In this document: in pieces, positions 10,801-21,100 of the stretch | How positions within the stretch are numbered: the first letter of the stretch is position 1 | How the letters are laid out: each line of letters begins with the position of its first letter | Assembly: GCA_000934665.2 (NCBI GenBank) | Contig: JYFJ02003510.1 | Location: forward strand, 1 to 40,676 | Direction of reading: 5' to 3' | Length of the DNA: 40,676 nucleotides | From: Catajapyx aquilonaris | Taxonomy: Eukaryota | Translations under genes and position numbers: made by a program | Notes under the pieces: generated by a model | Database searches by the model: none | The model's input: only the letters and a program-made list of their open reading frames with translations | Told to the model about the DNA's origin: nothing

Positions 10801-13240
10801 AGAAAATCAGTAAAATGTAGGACGTTTACACCACTTACGGCACAGATAGGTTAGGTCTTGATCTAACATCAGGGCATAATGCAATCGTCCCACCTCTACA
10901 TATATGCATGCGCAGTAAAGAGTACGAAGTATACAAAAGTATAAAGGCAATGTTTCCCAAATTTGAGCAAAGGTGCTGCTTGAAATGGAAAATTTGTCAT
11001 GAAGGGCGTTTAGAGGCTTGTGAGGAACATGCACTGCCATATAGAACGGTTGCAAGATGGGCAAAAGCCTTCCCTGGTGGAAGGCAAAATGTGACAGATG
11101 AGCCCCCGGACCGGACCTCCAAGTGCAAGTTGGTGCAAATGAGGAACAAGTGTCTGGTGTTTCCGCATTGATGGAAAACGGTTGGAGGTGGACAGTTAGT
11201 GAGTTAGCCAGTGAGACAGGCACCATCTCTGGCCAACTTTGAGGAAGAAGCGACATCATTTTCTGTAGAATCCACCCATCATTTTGCATGACAATGCTGA
11301 CTGTATGGTGCAGAAGTTGTGAATCAGTTTTTCACTCAATTCGGTTGTGAAGTGCTCTACCACCTGCCACACTCGCCTGACATAAGCCCCTGTGACTTTG
11401 ACTAAGCCCCTGTGACTTTGACTTGATTTCGAAAATGAAGGAACCGCTTAGTGGCATTCGTTTCAAGGCTATTGCAGACCTATTCTTCGTGCTTTAGAAT
11501 GCTCTGTACGAAACAGCAACCAAACCCGGGGCTGCCAATGGCATCCTTCGACTTCCACATCATTGGCAATGGGTGTTACACAACCCTGGTGACCTCATTG
11601 AAGGACTCAGAAAGTTTGAAGCTGTCATGTATTTCCAGTCCCAAGTAATTAAATATTTGCCACTATTTCATTTACAGCCCTCGTACACATGTGGAAATTA
11701 ATCAATGTGATACTAAAATGAAGAAAGTGGCCTGGAGCTTGTCACTTTGTCTCTTCACATTCTTATTTGTTGCTGAGTCATTAGCAGCTTTCCACAGAAC
11801 ATTGAAACCAATACAGTTACACTGTGTTTTGCAACCAAATCATGCATGGTAATGTAAGAAGGTAAATTTCAGTTTGTCTGCATCTTGGGCTGCACAATGT
11901 GTAATTCGAAACACAGGAAACTGGTGGGAGTGAAAACTGAAATTCACGCTCATGCCACCATGTTGACTGCTTAGACCTGTCACTCCTACAATATGGTCTA
12001 GTTTAATATAAAAGTCTCCGCAAGACTGGGAATTTGGCGCTGGCGCACCCCCTACAGGAATCTATCGCTGCCAGCCACCCTCAGAGGAAAGCACGGTTTG
12101 GGTTGGTTCCTAAGGCAGCCAACTCGAACCAACCCCAGAGATTCGTTGATATAGATGAGGAAAAGGAAGCAAGGAACTATCGTCTCACTCGTTCTGCAGC
12201 TAAAACTTAAAAGTTCCCGCTTTAAGTCCTTTTTGCAAATAAAATATCGACAAAACTTCAATCTATACCAGCATGCCCACTGCCCATACAGCCACAAGCT
12301 GTGTAAAAACTGGCACCCTAAATTTTATCATAATTCTGCAATTTGTGGGGTAATTAAGCAAGCATCAAACATCAAGCATCATGGCACTCTCTGAATGGCC
12401 TGACTCCAAGCTGGTCCCCTTCAGAGAGGTGCTTTTCGCATCAAGGCATGCCAATCACACAGGCAATGCAAAGTCATTTTATTTAAAAAATTAATATATT
12501 ATGTGGTAATGGTGCTTTTTTCTTATTAGGAAAAAAAAACATTTTCTTGTAATAAAAATGGCAAACATTAGATTAAATTTTTTTACCATTTGTTCTCCTG
12601 CAAAATGAAACTCCGGGGGAAAAAACACGGATCTTGACGATCCAATTTAGTCAACATTCCCTACTTGTACGTACATTAATGCTCAGTTTTGAAAACGACT
12701 TATTTCCTTCAAATCCACATTTGGGAAATGCCCCCTGTTGGGCCAATTATTCATGCTCTATCTAAAAAACTAAGGACAAAGGCTCGTGCAGGCCTTGGAA
12801 ATGGGCTTCCATCTCTTACATTTTAATAACTTGGCAGCACTTTTTTCTGACCTCCCTCATGACAGCAGCCTGCAATGTTGCACCCCTTGCTGCAATGTCT
12901 CCTTCCTCCTTGATTTAACTGACTTTTAAAAAATCATCTTGTGTTGCGTTCTGGTTAAGAGTACGGTAGTCGTTGATGTGCAAAGGCATACTCAGGCGCA
13001 GTCTGTCGCCACTCCCGCATCCGACTTGTTCAATGCAAGTAGTACAAAGACCCTCAGCTCAACCCCCACAACAGATGTGTCCTCTCACCTGCTGAGGTCA
13101 GTCTCACTCCTGAGTGCCTCCAGCGTGTCTACCTCCTGGTCGTCGACCATGCTCACGTTGGCCGACAACATATAGGCACCGCACGCTGTCTCTCCCTCCG
13201 GTGGAGTGGGTACCACCTCCCAGCTACTCACTTCTTCCAT
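1844..13240 (-). CDS. cnn: Centrosomin / CDK5RAP2 / myomegalin-family protein with CM1 (gamma-TuNA) motif and long coiled coils; 3'-partial
   Basis: CM1 motif TMREYDEQISQLQKENFNLKLRIFLWEERL in exon 4139-3946. Phase-consistent GT-AG exons: 13240-13089 (MEEVSSWEVV...), 4398-4367 (32-nt microexon), 4139-3946, 3884-3711, 3652-3338, 2889-2611, 2274-1844, mostly heptad-rich E/K/Q/L coiled coil. No next exon or CM2 domain recognised in 1-1843, so the gene probably continues leftward. The two 5' exons are less certain than the CM1 and coiled-coil exons. Confidence 0.85.
4420..4960. mobile_element. pogo/Tigger-like (Tc1/mariner superfamily) MITE
   Basis: TA|CAGTAAACTCCGGATATAAC ... GTTATATCCAGAGTGAACTC|TA (16/20 inverted match), with repeated subterminal GTTATAACC motifs. 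Confidence 0.7.
5500..7750 (+). mobile_element. Highly decayed Ty3/Gypsy LTR-retrotransposon pol relic (RT thumb, RNase H, integrase)
   Basis: Across shifting + frames, in Gypsy order: PPFDIPSIYFSGFLG (~5870, like P.P...LRSFLG), SHTD...YANW and KNVVASSLN (~6350-6515, like TDH...LARW and NVVADALSR), STCQVGKP (~7020, integrase zinc finger), SRGPQL...KW...YEHP (~7235-7315, like SDRGPQFTS...YHP), HIDK (~7530). Many stops and frameshifts; no LTRs identified; boundaries approximate. Confidence 0.5.
9573..9682. repeat. ~110-bp near-perfect palindrome (tiny TA-flanked MITE-like hairpin)
   Basis: ATGTACTATATCGCTCAAAAAGATAGAGACGATT...AAGTGCAA-G-TTGCACTT...AATCGTCTCTATCTTTTTGGGCGATATAGTACAT. Centre is a single base; only a few mismatches. 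Confidence 0.85.
9838..9889 (-). CDS. Candidate alternative start-coding exon of the centrosomin gene (MSSPDRCRKLWIPYKGS)
   Basis: Exon-like unit 9962-9838 with acceptor ttttatctgtag| and strong donor GCG|GTGAGT. The ATG at 9889 gives 17 codons plus 1 nt, matching the phase-1 start of the CM1 exon at 4139. Confidence 0.4.
10765..11683 (+). mobile_element. Internally deleted mariner (DD34D) element
   Basis: TIRs TA|CGAGGGCTGTAAATAAAATATTGGCAA ... TTGCCACTATTTCATTTACAGCCCTCG|TA. Transposase remnants: HTH MFPKFEQR...ALPYRTVARWAKAF..GRQNVTDE, then LHDNA and HSPDISPCDF..KMKEPL. The central region is missing. Confidence 0.92.
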
Positions 13241-13559
13241 CTTGAAATTTCGATCGTCCACCCTTCTTTTGATGACAGCATCCACTTCGGAAAACGAATC
13301 CGCCGACCACACGAGGAGTTATCGTAAGGTGGGTCCTCGGGAAGCGTTTCTTTTTGTGCTTCCAACGGATGCCTTCGCGCTAGTTCAAACAATCAGTTGG
13401 TCTGATGCCCGACAGTGGCGCTTCGACCAATCGCCTTTGTTGCCGTTGCCTGAAATCCAGCATGTTTCAGCTCATATTATCCATCTAACTTGTCTTAACT
13501 ACGCTATTAAAATATTATTTGGTTTAAAATGCCATTTTATGTTAAATTAATTGGGATTA

Positions 13560-13665
13560 AATATAGACATGTGGCGAAATGAAGCGCTTTACCTCCCACC
13601 TGGCGATGGCTATTTGAATCAGAAGCTTCGCTCTGATTGGTCGGTGTACAGGGTGGCAATATGAA
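13560..13665 (-). promoter_or_regulatory. Putative promoter of the centrosomin gene (CCAAT box; CHR/E2F-like motifs)
   Basis: About 320-420 bp upstream of ATG 13240: CTGATTGG (CCAAT on minus strand) near 13633, TTTGAA near 13614, TTTCGCCA on minus strand near 13572. Short motifs only. Confidence 0.3.
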
Positions 13666-14489
13666 TTGTGATCCATGTTCCTTAGAATGTAAAAGTACAG
13701 CGAGTATTAACAGCTAGCTTCTGATGCAGACATTTCCTACAAAACATATTTCCATGCAAAGTTACATTTTTCACATATATTTTCTGGAAAAGTCAGGTCA
13801 CGTCACAAAACTGCTAGCATGAATTCAGTACAGTGCAGTGTATCAAGTATGATTGGTGTTTGATGATTTTAGCATAACATGCTGACAACTTGTCATTCAC
13901 ACTACTTACAAATATGGAGCTCCTAATTTAGTTAACCAACTTCATCCCTGATTCTTATGCATATTTCAATGTTGGCATGGAAATTAGTGGTTACCTAGGA
14001 TAAGCAATTTGCAAGAAACCATTGTTACTAGATATGCCTTCATAACAATCACCAAGTTTCGGAATGCAAATAAGCATAAAAGTGAATGCAAAGGATATCA
14101 CTTTCCACTATGTATGTGGCTTAGTGGCTAATGTCACAGCCTTCCATCTTCCAAGTCCCCTGTCAGACAGAAGATTATCATAAAACCATTTCTCTCAGTA
14201 ACACGTAACACTATAAATTCATCTCTAAAAACTCGGATAATAAACAATTGGTTTCCTGCCCCTCTTCTGAAGTCATCTTGCATCAAGACTCTACTCCAAC
14301 AGTCCAGAGTAGGCATATGTTCCAGGGAAAACACCTGCAAATATGAAACTTTGTATTGCCCTTTGCGTCCCTAGTTCACGTGAAACTTCCATTCAAACGT
14401 CTGCGCTCTGGGAGTAGACAGCCCATAACAATATGAAATACCCAACTACACCACAAGATTAAAAATTGCAGTTGGCAATGGCAGAGAAC

Positions 14490-14495
14490 TTTATT
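14490..14495 (-). terminator. Putative polyadenylation signal AATAAA of PSMD5
   Basis: TTTATT on the + strand, about 120 nt past the PSMD5 stop. Confidence 0.5.
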
Positions 14496-14611
14496 TCAAG
14501 CATATAAGATGTAATAGCACTTGTGACTTACAAAATGTTTGGCTCCCAATAGTAGTTGGCAACTGATATTGATGCAATAAATTTTGAGCAGAGGCACCAA
14601 TTGTGGAATTT

Positions 14612-17600
14612 TTACACAGCTCTTTCGAATGCTACCTCAGCCTGGACCTGCTTGTAAAATGGTCCTTTTTCAAGGTGTTCTTTCATCATTTGCAGCTCTT
14701 CATCAGTAAATGCGAGGACTGCAGTTGGTGACCCAAAAATTTTCTTGACCACCTCATACTTGGCCTCCTTGGTTTCTTTGCTGGGCTCTGCCGTACGGTC
14801 CAGCAGAAACGCCATAAACCCTGGCCAGGAGTGTAGGACCATCTGGGCCCATGGTTGTGGGGCAAGGACTTGCAGCACTTGCAGGGTGGCTAGGCGTATG
14901 TCAGAAAATGGCTGCTTGCACCCTTGCATCAAGATTTCCACTGCCTCTTCACCACTGTTGTCACTCGAGGAAGATGGTGCCAAATTGTAAAACCACATAC
15001 GTGAGGTCTCAAGCAAGGGTGTTGTGCCAGGTCCTTGTGGGGATACTTCCATCAAGGTGGCCAGTGAGGGGAGTATCTTCAGGCGGTTATCTGAGGGGGT
15101 TGATTGAAGGAGATGGCCAATGCAATTCATGCATGACTTCATGCCAAGCACTGAAAGAGAAATGAAAGTTTCAAAAATTATTATCTGAGGAAGGCAGGCT
15201 AGGAGAGAGGTTTGTTTAAGGAGATGCAACCTCATCAAAATCTAGTCAGTATTAGGATATCATAAAATTTAACCAATTGTGAACAATTTTTCTGATTAAG
15301 ATAAATGATCACTTCATATCATCAAGGAAAATAACTGAGCATATTAGAAACCTAATGTACAGAAAATGAGAGAACAATCTGACATCATCAAGGTTTCCAT
15401 AGAAATACCCTCACAGAACAATATGAGTACACAGTGTCAACAAAAAGCAACAATGGAAGAAACGATGACGTCAGATCGTTCTCTTGTTTTCCGTACATTA
15501 TGCAATGGTGCATTTGTTTCCTTGTTGGAATTAATTACAGATTCATGATGTTATATGGGACTGTAAATTTGAATTTCTGAAAAAGGGCCACAAACAAAAA
15601 CATACCGTAGATAACTACATTATTTGTAATGGTGACAGTCTCATGTGGAGTTTCAGTAATATATCTGCATGTCACACGCATGTTCATAGGGTTCTCTTGT
15701 TTCCTCCCACTATCAAAATCCATAATCACGAAGGTGTGAATTAATCAACTCAGTAATTAAAAGATGATCCCCTAAGAGGCCACATGCTTATCACAGGTAA
15801 TCATTATTATTATAATGATGACAGAAGTTATTGGAATTCTCTTCCAATACCGCCAAAATGAGGCAATGAAGCAGTTTCTGTACATAAAATAATACACAAA
15901 AACTATTTAGAGATGTGTCTGGAGCTTTTATGACAATCAGCATACACACAACTCTTACAATCTACCATCATGCTGAAAACTTTTTTTTTTTTAAACACTA
16001 AAATTTAGATATCGAAACATACCGTATTCTCTCATGACTGACTTCCCTTCTGGTGAAGAAGCAATAATAGCGATTGTCTCCACAGCAAGTGTGGCGATAG
16101 TAACATCAGGATGCTCCAGCAATGCAAAGAGGGCATGGGCAAATATTAAATACTTCTGACATGCCATGGCAGGTTTCCAATGAGCCACACTTCCAAAGAA
16201 CTTGAGAACTCCTGGTAATATAATGGCTCCCAGTGGATCAAGCCCTGACTTTGGATCAGTCGTGTAGCCTCTCAGCTGGGCTTCAAGTTTCGACAATAGG
16301 CCTTGGGACTCAAGGTAGTTAAGTCCATGTTCTGTCTGTGCCAGATCAGATAACAGATCAAGAGCAGTAACTTGCACTAAGATGTCTGCTGAGTAAGCCT
16401 TAGCCACCAAGGAGTTCAGGATACCTTTTTGGTTCATCAAACGTAACATATCTGCTGAGCGCTCAGCAATGCGAACCATCACTTCATAGATCCGAAAACG
16501 GACCTCATCACCACCAGTTAACATCAGATCTTCTAAAACGAGGATTGCCTGGTGATCAATCATGGTATCAACAGCTATGTTGTAGCGGGTCAACTTCTTG
16601 AACAGTTCTAAGGCACAGTGGCCAACTGCAAGGTTGCTATCTCCAATAAGACTGATGGCTGCTGGGAAGAGGATTGAATCTCTGCAGAGCAGGATTGCCA
16701 ACTCTTCATCTGATGCAAGGCGTCGCAGCTGAAGTACAAAGTACAATATCAGGTCACCTAGGCCATTAGAATCCTACACATAAAGCAATCAGCATTAATG
16801 TGTTTACTCTCATGGGGCTTGCTAACAAATAAATATTACCATCTCTATGCAAATTGCTGTGCAATATTAACTGGAGCGCATATATTACGTAATTTTTTCC
16901 ACCACTGTACTGTCAGAAGTCCTACAGACCATTAGAAATTTTTAATTTTTAATATTGACAATATCGATTGGTGCATCTTGAATAAAATTGTAACATACAC
17001 ATGAGGCACATACACAATACACCTGTTCTGCCTAGAAGTATAGGCCTATACTATGAATATATGAAGCCCTTCTCAGTTCTGAAGTATGTACTGTACTTCT
17101 ATAGTGAAATGATAGTACCAAATGTATCGATATACAAAGCACATCTACAGTGTAACGAAAGCTTACTGCTTTGAGAACTAGTTCCTTGACCCTGGGCTCT
17201 GGATGCTGCAGCCCTCTCTGCAGGTGCTTACGATACCTCGTTAGCAGCTTTTCTGGTTCTACATGAGGCAGAAGACGAACGAGAATGTCACGTGTCACAG
17301 ATATTTGCGTTCTGTAAAAAGGAAATATTATTAGTTTTGTAGGCGACATGCCATATCAGAGAGAAACAGGAAGCTGCATTTTGAGAATTGTGTTTATAAA
17401 TCATAATTATTTTACAACCCATGTGACATCTTGAACTCAGCCAGATGTTTAGCCAGTCTACATTGCTTGTCAGACCTGCTGAGAAACAGCTTAAACCTCG
17501 AGTGGAGGGTGTGGAAGAAGTGTAAAAGTGCAAGTCACGTACGAGTTGGAGGTGTTGAAGCAGTCGAACAGCAGCTCTATCTTGGCGTCTAAGGAGACGA

Positions 17601-17736
17601 CCAGGTCCTTCTGCTTGGACGGGGGCAGGGCGCCCACCGCATCCTGTAGGTTGGTCAGACATGCCAGCCTGTCCGAGTCCGGTGCCTGCTCCAGTTCGGC
17701 CAGAAAGGCCGCGACCAAATCCAACTCCGCCGCCAT
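14612..17736 (-). CDS. PSMD5: 26S proteasome non-ATPase regulatory subunit 5 (S5b/Hsm3-like assembly chaperone, ARM/HEAT repeats)
   Basis: Exons 17736-17543, 17311-17167, 16728-16023, 15150-14612, all GT-AG and phase-consistent. Motifs LLFDCFN, LQRGLQHP, VRFRIYEV, DILVQVTALDLL, QPFSDIR, PGFMAFLLDR, KEAKYEVV and C-terminal GPFY match what I recall of the PSMD5 family. Confidence 0.9.
15640..15816 (+). mobile_element. Decayed 5'-truncated copy of the V-domain SINE family seen at 33939
   Basis: Shares GGGTTCTC..GTTTCCTCCCACTA.CAAAATCCAT and AAAAGATGATCCCCTAAGAGGCC...TATCAC.GGTA plus an (ATT)n tail with 33939-34224. Confidence 0.75.
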
Positions 17737-18192
17737 CTCTACAACTCCTGCCTGTCCGCAGACCTGCCTGTCTGGCAGAGAAGGGGCGACATGGTGCCGC
17801 TGCGGCCCACGGACGAAACTCGACCGCCCACGGCCTTTGATTCAGCGCGGCGGTCTGATGCACGGGCTGGAAACACTGAAGAAAGCCGAGCACTGAAGCA
17901 CGTTCCATGGAAACGCCATGGCTCAACAAACTGGCTGGTTCCTGGTGCAGGCAGGCAGGCAGGCTGTGCTGCTCGGATGTCCATGGAATATTTGTAATGG
18001 CGGTACTATACACTGCTGAGTTGTGATGGAAGTGTGCGGGATGTACTGTACTGTAAATAGTTTTAATTCCAGAGGTGGAGGGAAGCTCAGCATGCGCCAG
18101 ATTCCTGTTGATAGAAGCTTGACTCTGACTGCAACACTTGCCTAGTTACAACCAAAAGAGCAAACACCTGCAGTGCACTTAACAAGTGCAAG
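17737..18192. promoter_or_regulatory. Bidirectional promoter region PSMD5/CCDC180 with X-box (RFX)-like motif
   Basis: Divergent ATGs separated by 456 bp, GC/CpG-rich on the PSMD5 side. GTTCCATGGAAAC at 17902-17914; weaker CTTGCCTAGTTAC at 18137-18149. Confidence 0.65.
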
Positions 18193-21100
18193 ATGGATCC
18201 CATAACAGATCTGTAAGTTTTACCTTCATCTGTCAATAGGATATTTCCAGATCAGATCCAGGTCGTTCAGATAATGTATTTTCTGATTCTTCATACAGTG
18301 GCAGTGTCGCAAATGCAAGTCATCCAACACACCACAACAGTGTGCATCAAGAACAGATATTTCCTCAAATGCGACTGATTTTGCACAGAAGAGACTCGAC
18401 TGTGCTACCAGATACTCTCAAGGATCAGGAAGAATGGGATGTTAAATCAGTGCAGGCAACTGCTCCTCTCCCTTCAAGCGCACAACAGAAGTTGGACTTA
18501 GTTCCTGCAGTCACTAGTTCTATCCTTTATAGATTAGAAAAAGTTCAAACAAAGGCCTACTTCAGTTTGGTGGCCAAGCTACGCTGTGGCATGCATGCAT
18601 TAGCAGATGAAATATGCTCGAAGATACAAGACATGGCCAGCAACCTCAACGATAGGCTGTACTCTGAAGAGTACACAATCCAATGCTACATGAAGAAGGC
18701 AGGTGTCATGGAGGTGGACTGGGATGGCTTACAGCTCATCCGTCGAAAAATTAATAACTCATTTAGACACATGGAGAAATTGATTGATGCCACGTATGAC
18801 AAAATGTTGGAGGCAGAACAGAAGAGAGTGGCAGGTACAAAGGAACTTCTATACATCTTTAGCTCAGAGGTTGGTATCTATTTGCCTTTCATAGTTGTGA
18901 GTCAATTTCAGGATTTTTTGATAGACAGTATGTTATGGGTGTTTTCATGTTATGAACTGTGTATTAGTGGGTGAGAGCAGTGGAATTGGATTTGAAGAGC
19001 ACAGGGAAAAAAGGGGGAATGTCACACAAAAAATGTCCATGAAAAATCGAAGAAAGCTTTATTTCTTCACGTGTCTAAAGAATAATAGGGATATCTTCAC
19101 GTCATTATATGCAACTGTCACCCTTGTACCCATGGAAAGCCTCCAGGTATAAGTGTCACCTATGCTACTATTGTACTGTGCACTTGGCAGGAACCCCAAT
19201 GGAATTTGACATTCCCCCTTTTTCCCCTGTGCTCTTCATTTGTAAATAAAATACTGACAATCCTCATCCTCTTGCAGGTTAGGGTTGTCATACACATGTC
19301 ACAGGTTTTTGACGGCTTTATTTCACTCTCACATTAAATTTTACATGTTAACTTTTCATCTGAATTTGAAAGTTGGTTCATTACAGTTTTTCATAACGTT
19401 GTTTGCAAGTTTACAATAACTTATTAAATGACCGAAGCAGGTTAGTGTAGTGGTTAAGGAGTCCGACTGGTAATCGGGAGGTCCTGACTGTGGTTTTCCA
19501 TGGTCCCCCCAGGATAATTCCGGGGTTGCTTCCGTACAATAGGCCACAGCAGCTTCCTTCCTTCCCAGCTATCCTTGGCCCCATCCATGTGTGAATGAAT
19601 TTCTGAAAAATTGAGTGGTAAAATGGTGGTATTCCACCCTCCAGCTCCAATTCTCCCAATGGGGTAATGTAAATAAAAATAAATAACTGATTAAATGGGT
19701 CTACATACATGAATTAGCTATTTAGCAAATCCAGTTTTTTATAGTTAGCTGATCAGCTGTTAGAGAAGCTGATTTTTCGGTTAGCTGTGCCCACCTTTGT
19801 ACATACTGCAGAAACATATTTACCAAGAATAAGTACAGTATATAATCTACTTAAGTTATACCATAATAAAACAATAGAATTGTTAATATACAGGGTGTTT
19901 ATTGTAACTCTGCAAAGACTTTCAGGGGTAATAGAGGGGACCAAGACAAGTATTTTTGACATAGGAACCCGTGTCCGGAAACGCCATCTAGAGGGGGTTC
20001 ATAGACAAGGAACGGGTGCGCTCAGACGCGTCACGCGGGAGGCGCTAGTCGAGCTGACTGTTTTGTTGATAGATGGCGCGCAGTTGTTGCCAGGTTATGG
20101 CGTATCGCGTTGTTGTTTACTTACAACAACGCGATACGTCATAACCTGGCAACAACAAATCCGCTGTTGACTATCCGCGCATCTCCGAGGAGGCGTACTT
20201 TAGTTGCTAGATGGCTCTGCTGTTGCCAGGTTATGGCACATCGCATCGGTGTTTACTATCCGAGCGCCATCTGTCAACAAAACAGTCCGCTCGCCTAGCG
20301 CCTCCCGCATGAAGCGTCTGAGCGCACCCGTTCCTTGTCTATGAACCCCCTCTAGATGGCGTTTCCGGACACAGGTTCCTATGTCAAAAATACTTGTCTT
20401 GGTCCCCTCTATTACCCCTGAAAGTCTTTGCAGAGTTACAATAAACACCCTGTATATTCACTTAGACAACACCAGTAATTATCACTTTATTCTATCCCCT
20501 CACAAGTCTCATGAAGCAGCATACTTGCTCCCAAAGGATGTGCAGAGTGTGACTGACTCTGAATCACTGAACTTGAACCAGATTTCCTTGTCGAATTTAC
20601 GGGCATATCTGGAAGTCCATCATTCATTGCGCAGAAATATTCTCCAGCAAAAGTGGTTCCACATCAAGGAGTGGGAGGACTTTTTGGATAAGTGGAAGGA
20701 CTTTCAGGAAGCCAGAGTCATTGAAGAGATGTCTCAACAGCTGCAGTCAGTTGAGTTCAATGTTCCAGTCCCACTACGCTACACAGTGAGTAACCTCCCG
20801 CCACCTCCATACTGGAATGTTTTGGAGAGGTTCCAAGATGCTGTCCGGATGCTAAGTCAACTCTGCCCAGGCATATTTGAACCCAGCAATGAATTCCATA
20901 AAATGTGGAGTGAGTTCATTTCAGCTTATTGCAGTTTGGGTAAGTAATAAAGTGAAGATTCATCGATTTTGGAAAAGATCACTAGGGGTTTATTGTAGGT
21001 ATTTCATATTTTCAAGCCCACTGTGTACAGTATTAGTAATCACTGTTCACAAAGATATGAAGACCTGAAATTCAGAATTATCAGAGTCACTCTGAAATTA

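Noticed and set aside
17288..18013. 241-aa minus-strand ORF and overlapping plus-strand ORFs
   Set aside because: Alternative frames over the GC-rich PSMD5 first exon and promoter; no recognisable protein.
19753..20506. Mirror-image ORFs (MSKILVLVPS..., ...VTLQRLSGVIEG...) and the first 42 codons of ORF 20381-20947
   Set aside because: Artefacts of the palindromic MITE and the intron; true coding sequence starts at the acceptor before 20507.
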